NCBI GenBank assembly: GCA_963795165.1
Contig: CAWCGT010000001.1
Coordinates: 577,168-641,167 of the forward strand
DNA length: 64,000 nt
Reading direction: 5' to 3'
DNA from: an uncultured Microthrixaceae bacterium
GTDB lineage: Bacteria; Actinomycetota; Acidimicrobiia; Acidimicrobiales; VFJN01
Shown in pieces: positions 62,188 to 64,000 of this stretch. Under the pieces are notes generated by a model, which saw nothing but the letters and a program-made list of their open reading frames with translations, was not told the origin of the DNA and ran no database searches. A program made the translations under genes and the position numbers. Numbering within the stretch: position 1 is the first letter of the stretch; each line of letters opens with the position of its first letter.

Positions 62188-63925
62188 CCTGGCCCTCCGA
62201 CAGCCACACCGCCACAGTCCCGCGGTCGATCCCCACCCGAAGCTCCAGGCGGCGCGCCTCGTCCTTCGGCGAGAGCGGCAACACGGCGCGGGCGGCCTCG
62301 AGCCGATCGAGCTCGGCTCGCTCCTCCGGGGTGGTCCAGGTGGCGAACGCCACCCGCCGATCGCCCGGGCGGTCCTCGAGGGCGGGAGGTCCGGTGCGCA
62401 TCACGAGCGTGGCGGTGGCCTGACCGTCGAAGCGTCGGCCCTCGCCGAAGCGACGCACGTTGCGCTCGTTGTCGAACACGAAGTCGAGCCCGCGCTCCTG
62501 AAGGGACCCCAGGATGACGTAGGTGAACGGCTCGCCGAGGAACCCCTCCCCGTCGATCAGCACCGGCCCGCCACCGGCCACCTCCAGATCAGCCAGCTGC
62601 GTGCGCAGCGATCGGGTGAGGGCCTGGAAGCCGGCGTTGAACCGCGGGCTCGGCTGCGCGTAGTCAGCGGGCACCTGCAGCGTGACGAGCGCACCGACAG
62701 CCAGCACCAGCGCCGCCAGCGCCGGAAGCTGGGCCCGTGACGGCAGGGCCCGGACCAGGCCCAGCACCAGCGCCGCCGCCGCGAACGCACCCACAGGCCA
62801 CAGCGGCCGGAAGCTGCTGTTCATGGCGCCGAAGGGGCCTGACACCGGCGTTGAGGCCGACGACCACCAGACGGCTCCCAACGCCACGGCACCCGTGACG
62901 AGGGCCGTCAGGGTGCCCCGATCGGCCCGGCGCCACGCCAACACGCCCAGCCCGACCAGCGCCGCCCCTTGCAAGGCCAGCAGCAGGGTCGTGACCCCGG
63001 GGCTGCGGAGCCCACCCGGCGGGAAGAACTCGGCGAAGGTGGGAGGGAGCCAGCCGAGGGGGCTGGCGACCGTGGCCACCATCCGCGCGCCGAGGTCACC
63101 CCCCAACGTGCGCTGCTCGGCGCGGGACACCTCCCACACGGCGGACAGGTTGCCCCGGTCGGCGGTCAGCTGCTGGACCACCGGCTGGATCCAGGCCAGC
63201 AGGAGGACGGCACCCGTGAGGACGAGGTGGGGTCGAAGCCGAGCGGGCCACGCCCCGTCGGAACCTCGAGACGTCCGCATCGACAGGCCAAGGCCCACCA
63301 GAGCGAGGAGGCTGAGGACGGCCACGGGCACCAGGAAGCTGAAGTGGGTCTGGACGACGAGGCTGCCGAAGAACGCCGCCCAGGGCAGGAGGGCGTGGTC
63401 GCCATCGACGAGGGACCAAGCCAGCACCAGGCAGGCCAGGAACGGGAGCAGCAGGTAGTGGTGCTGCCGCGGCTCGAGCAGCAGATCGGAGCCCAGCGAC
63501 CACGACAGCCCCACCACCGACGCGGCGGCGGTCCACCGGCCCACCGACCCGGCCCGGCGTCCCGCCGCCCATACCACCACGCAGGCGGCCAGCACCTGCA
63601 CGAGGGTGACCCCGACGATGGTTCCAGGTCCGAACCCCAGCAGCCGGGTGGGTGGAGCGAGCAGGTCGAGCTGCAGGGGCCCAAGGTTGTTCACGTCGAT
63701 GCCGACCGCCTCCGACCCCGAGCTCCACGCTCCCACCAGCGGGTGGTGGTCGGTGAGCACGTCGCGGGCCCGGACGGTGAAGTAGGCGTTGTCACCGAAG
63801 GGGATCCAGCTCCGGCGCAGGCCCCGTCCGGCCGCCAGCACGGCGGGCAGGCTGGCCACCATCGCTGGCACCAACCAGGGGGGCACGTTGACGCGCTGCA
63901 GGCGGGACGCGCCGGCGGCGATCAT
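62174..63925 (-). CDS. uncharacterised polytopic membrane protein (paralog B of 60487..62187)
   Basis: ORF 62174..63925(-), intact, 583 aa. It is colinear with paralog A (IPFGDNAYFTVRARDVLTDHHPLVGAWS...NNLGPLQLD, EPRQHH, VQTH). Its 3' end overlaps the start of paralog A by 14 nt. Confidence 0.6.
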   Translation of the reverse strand: MIAAGASRLQRVNVPPWLVPAMVASLPAVLAAGRGLRRSWIPFGDNAYFTVRARDVLTDHHPLVGAWSSGSEAVGIDVNNLGPLQLDLLAPPTRLLGFGPGTIVGVTLVQVLAACVVVWAAGRRAGSVGRWTAAASVVGLSWSLGSDLLLEPRQHHYLLLPFLACLVLAWSLVDGDHALLPWAAFFGSLVVQTHFSFLVPVAVLSLLALVGLGLSMRTSRGSDGAWPARLRPHLVLTGAVLLLAWIQPVVQQLTADRGNLSAVWEVSRAEQRTLGGDLGARMVATVASPLGWLPPTFAEFFPPGGLRSPGVTTLLLALQGAALVGLGVLAWRRADRGTLTALVTGAVALGAVWWSSASTPVSGPFGAMNSSFRPLWPVGAFAAAALVLGLVRALPSRAQLPALAALVLAVGALVTLQVPADYAQPSPRFNAGFQALTRSLRTQLADLEVAGGGPVLIDGEGFLGEPFTYVILGSLQERGLDFVFDNERNVRRFGEGRRFDGQATATLVMRTGPPALEDRPGDRRVAFATWTTPEERAELDRLEAARAVLPLSPKDEARRLELRVGIDRGTVAVWLSEGQGADA

Positions 63926-64000
63926 CGCTCTCCGACCGTCACGGCCACTGCCAGCACCGAGGTGCCGACAGGGAGGCTGGCCCGTCCCAGGAGCTGGCGT
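63922..64000 (-). CDS. 3' end of an upstream minus-strand gene (partial)
   Basis: The minus-strand frame ends ...RQLLGRASLPVGTSVLAVAVTVGER with a TGA overlapping ATG 63925 (ATGA). The fragment is too short to classify. Confidence 0.3.
   Translation of the reverse strand, partial: RQLLGRASLPVGTSVLAVAVTVGER

Overview
This is a very GC-rich, gene-dense chromosomal segment of actinobacterial character. Supporting markers are a fused FbiC for coenzyme F420, a MarP-like CvpA-protease, a DUF3151-like protein, an AftD-like GT-C protein, and many GTGA/ATGA start-stop overlaps. I can support about 60 protein-coding genes. I recognise no rRNA, tRNA, CRISPR array, transposase or integrase. Gene order 5'->3' is as follows. 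(1) An 11-gene, essentially gap-free minus-strand block (460-8435): ADP-forming acyl-CoA synthetase pair, PBP4/DacB, LON-N-domain protein, holin-X-like and small membrane proteins, ThiS-like carrier + TtuA-like tRNA thiolase + TrmI, and a MarP-like protease. (2) GH84 hexosaminidase homolog, TetR, tkt-tal-pgl, GNAT-like protein, fbiC, receiver-only response regulator and a LOG-family protein. (3) A Cys-rich protein followed by a McrB-like NTPase and a McrC-like partner, the best candidate for an undescribed system. (4) GH13 alpha-glucosidase, RNase D, MobA-rhodanese fusion, DUF3151-like protein, patatin and two hydrolases. (5) Acyl-CoA genes (three AMP-ligases, ACAD, crotonase), UbiB kinase and GDPD. 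(6) An ALDH-aminotransferase pair with a divergent RpiR regulator, and a lytic transglycosylase. (7) A five-gene Dpp/Opp-type ABC operon, TetR, cyclophilin and an AlkA-like glycosylase. (8) A cell-envelope glycan cluster (52.6-64 kb): GT-C-like membrane protein, AftD-like protein, FAD oxidoreductase and two tandem paralogous polytopic membrane proteins. Main caveat: many genes, including tkt, tal and fbiC, can only be read by hopping between frames of the ORF track. These disruptions occur in blocks that alternate with blocks of perfectly intact long genes. I treat them as probable sequence indels, not biological pseudogenes, so ends and starts in those blocks are approximate. All family calls come from motif recognition by eye; no searches were run.
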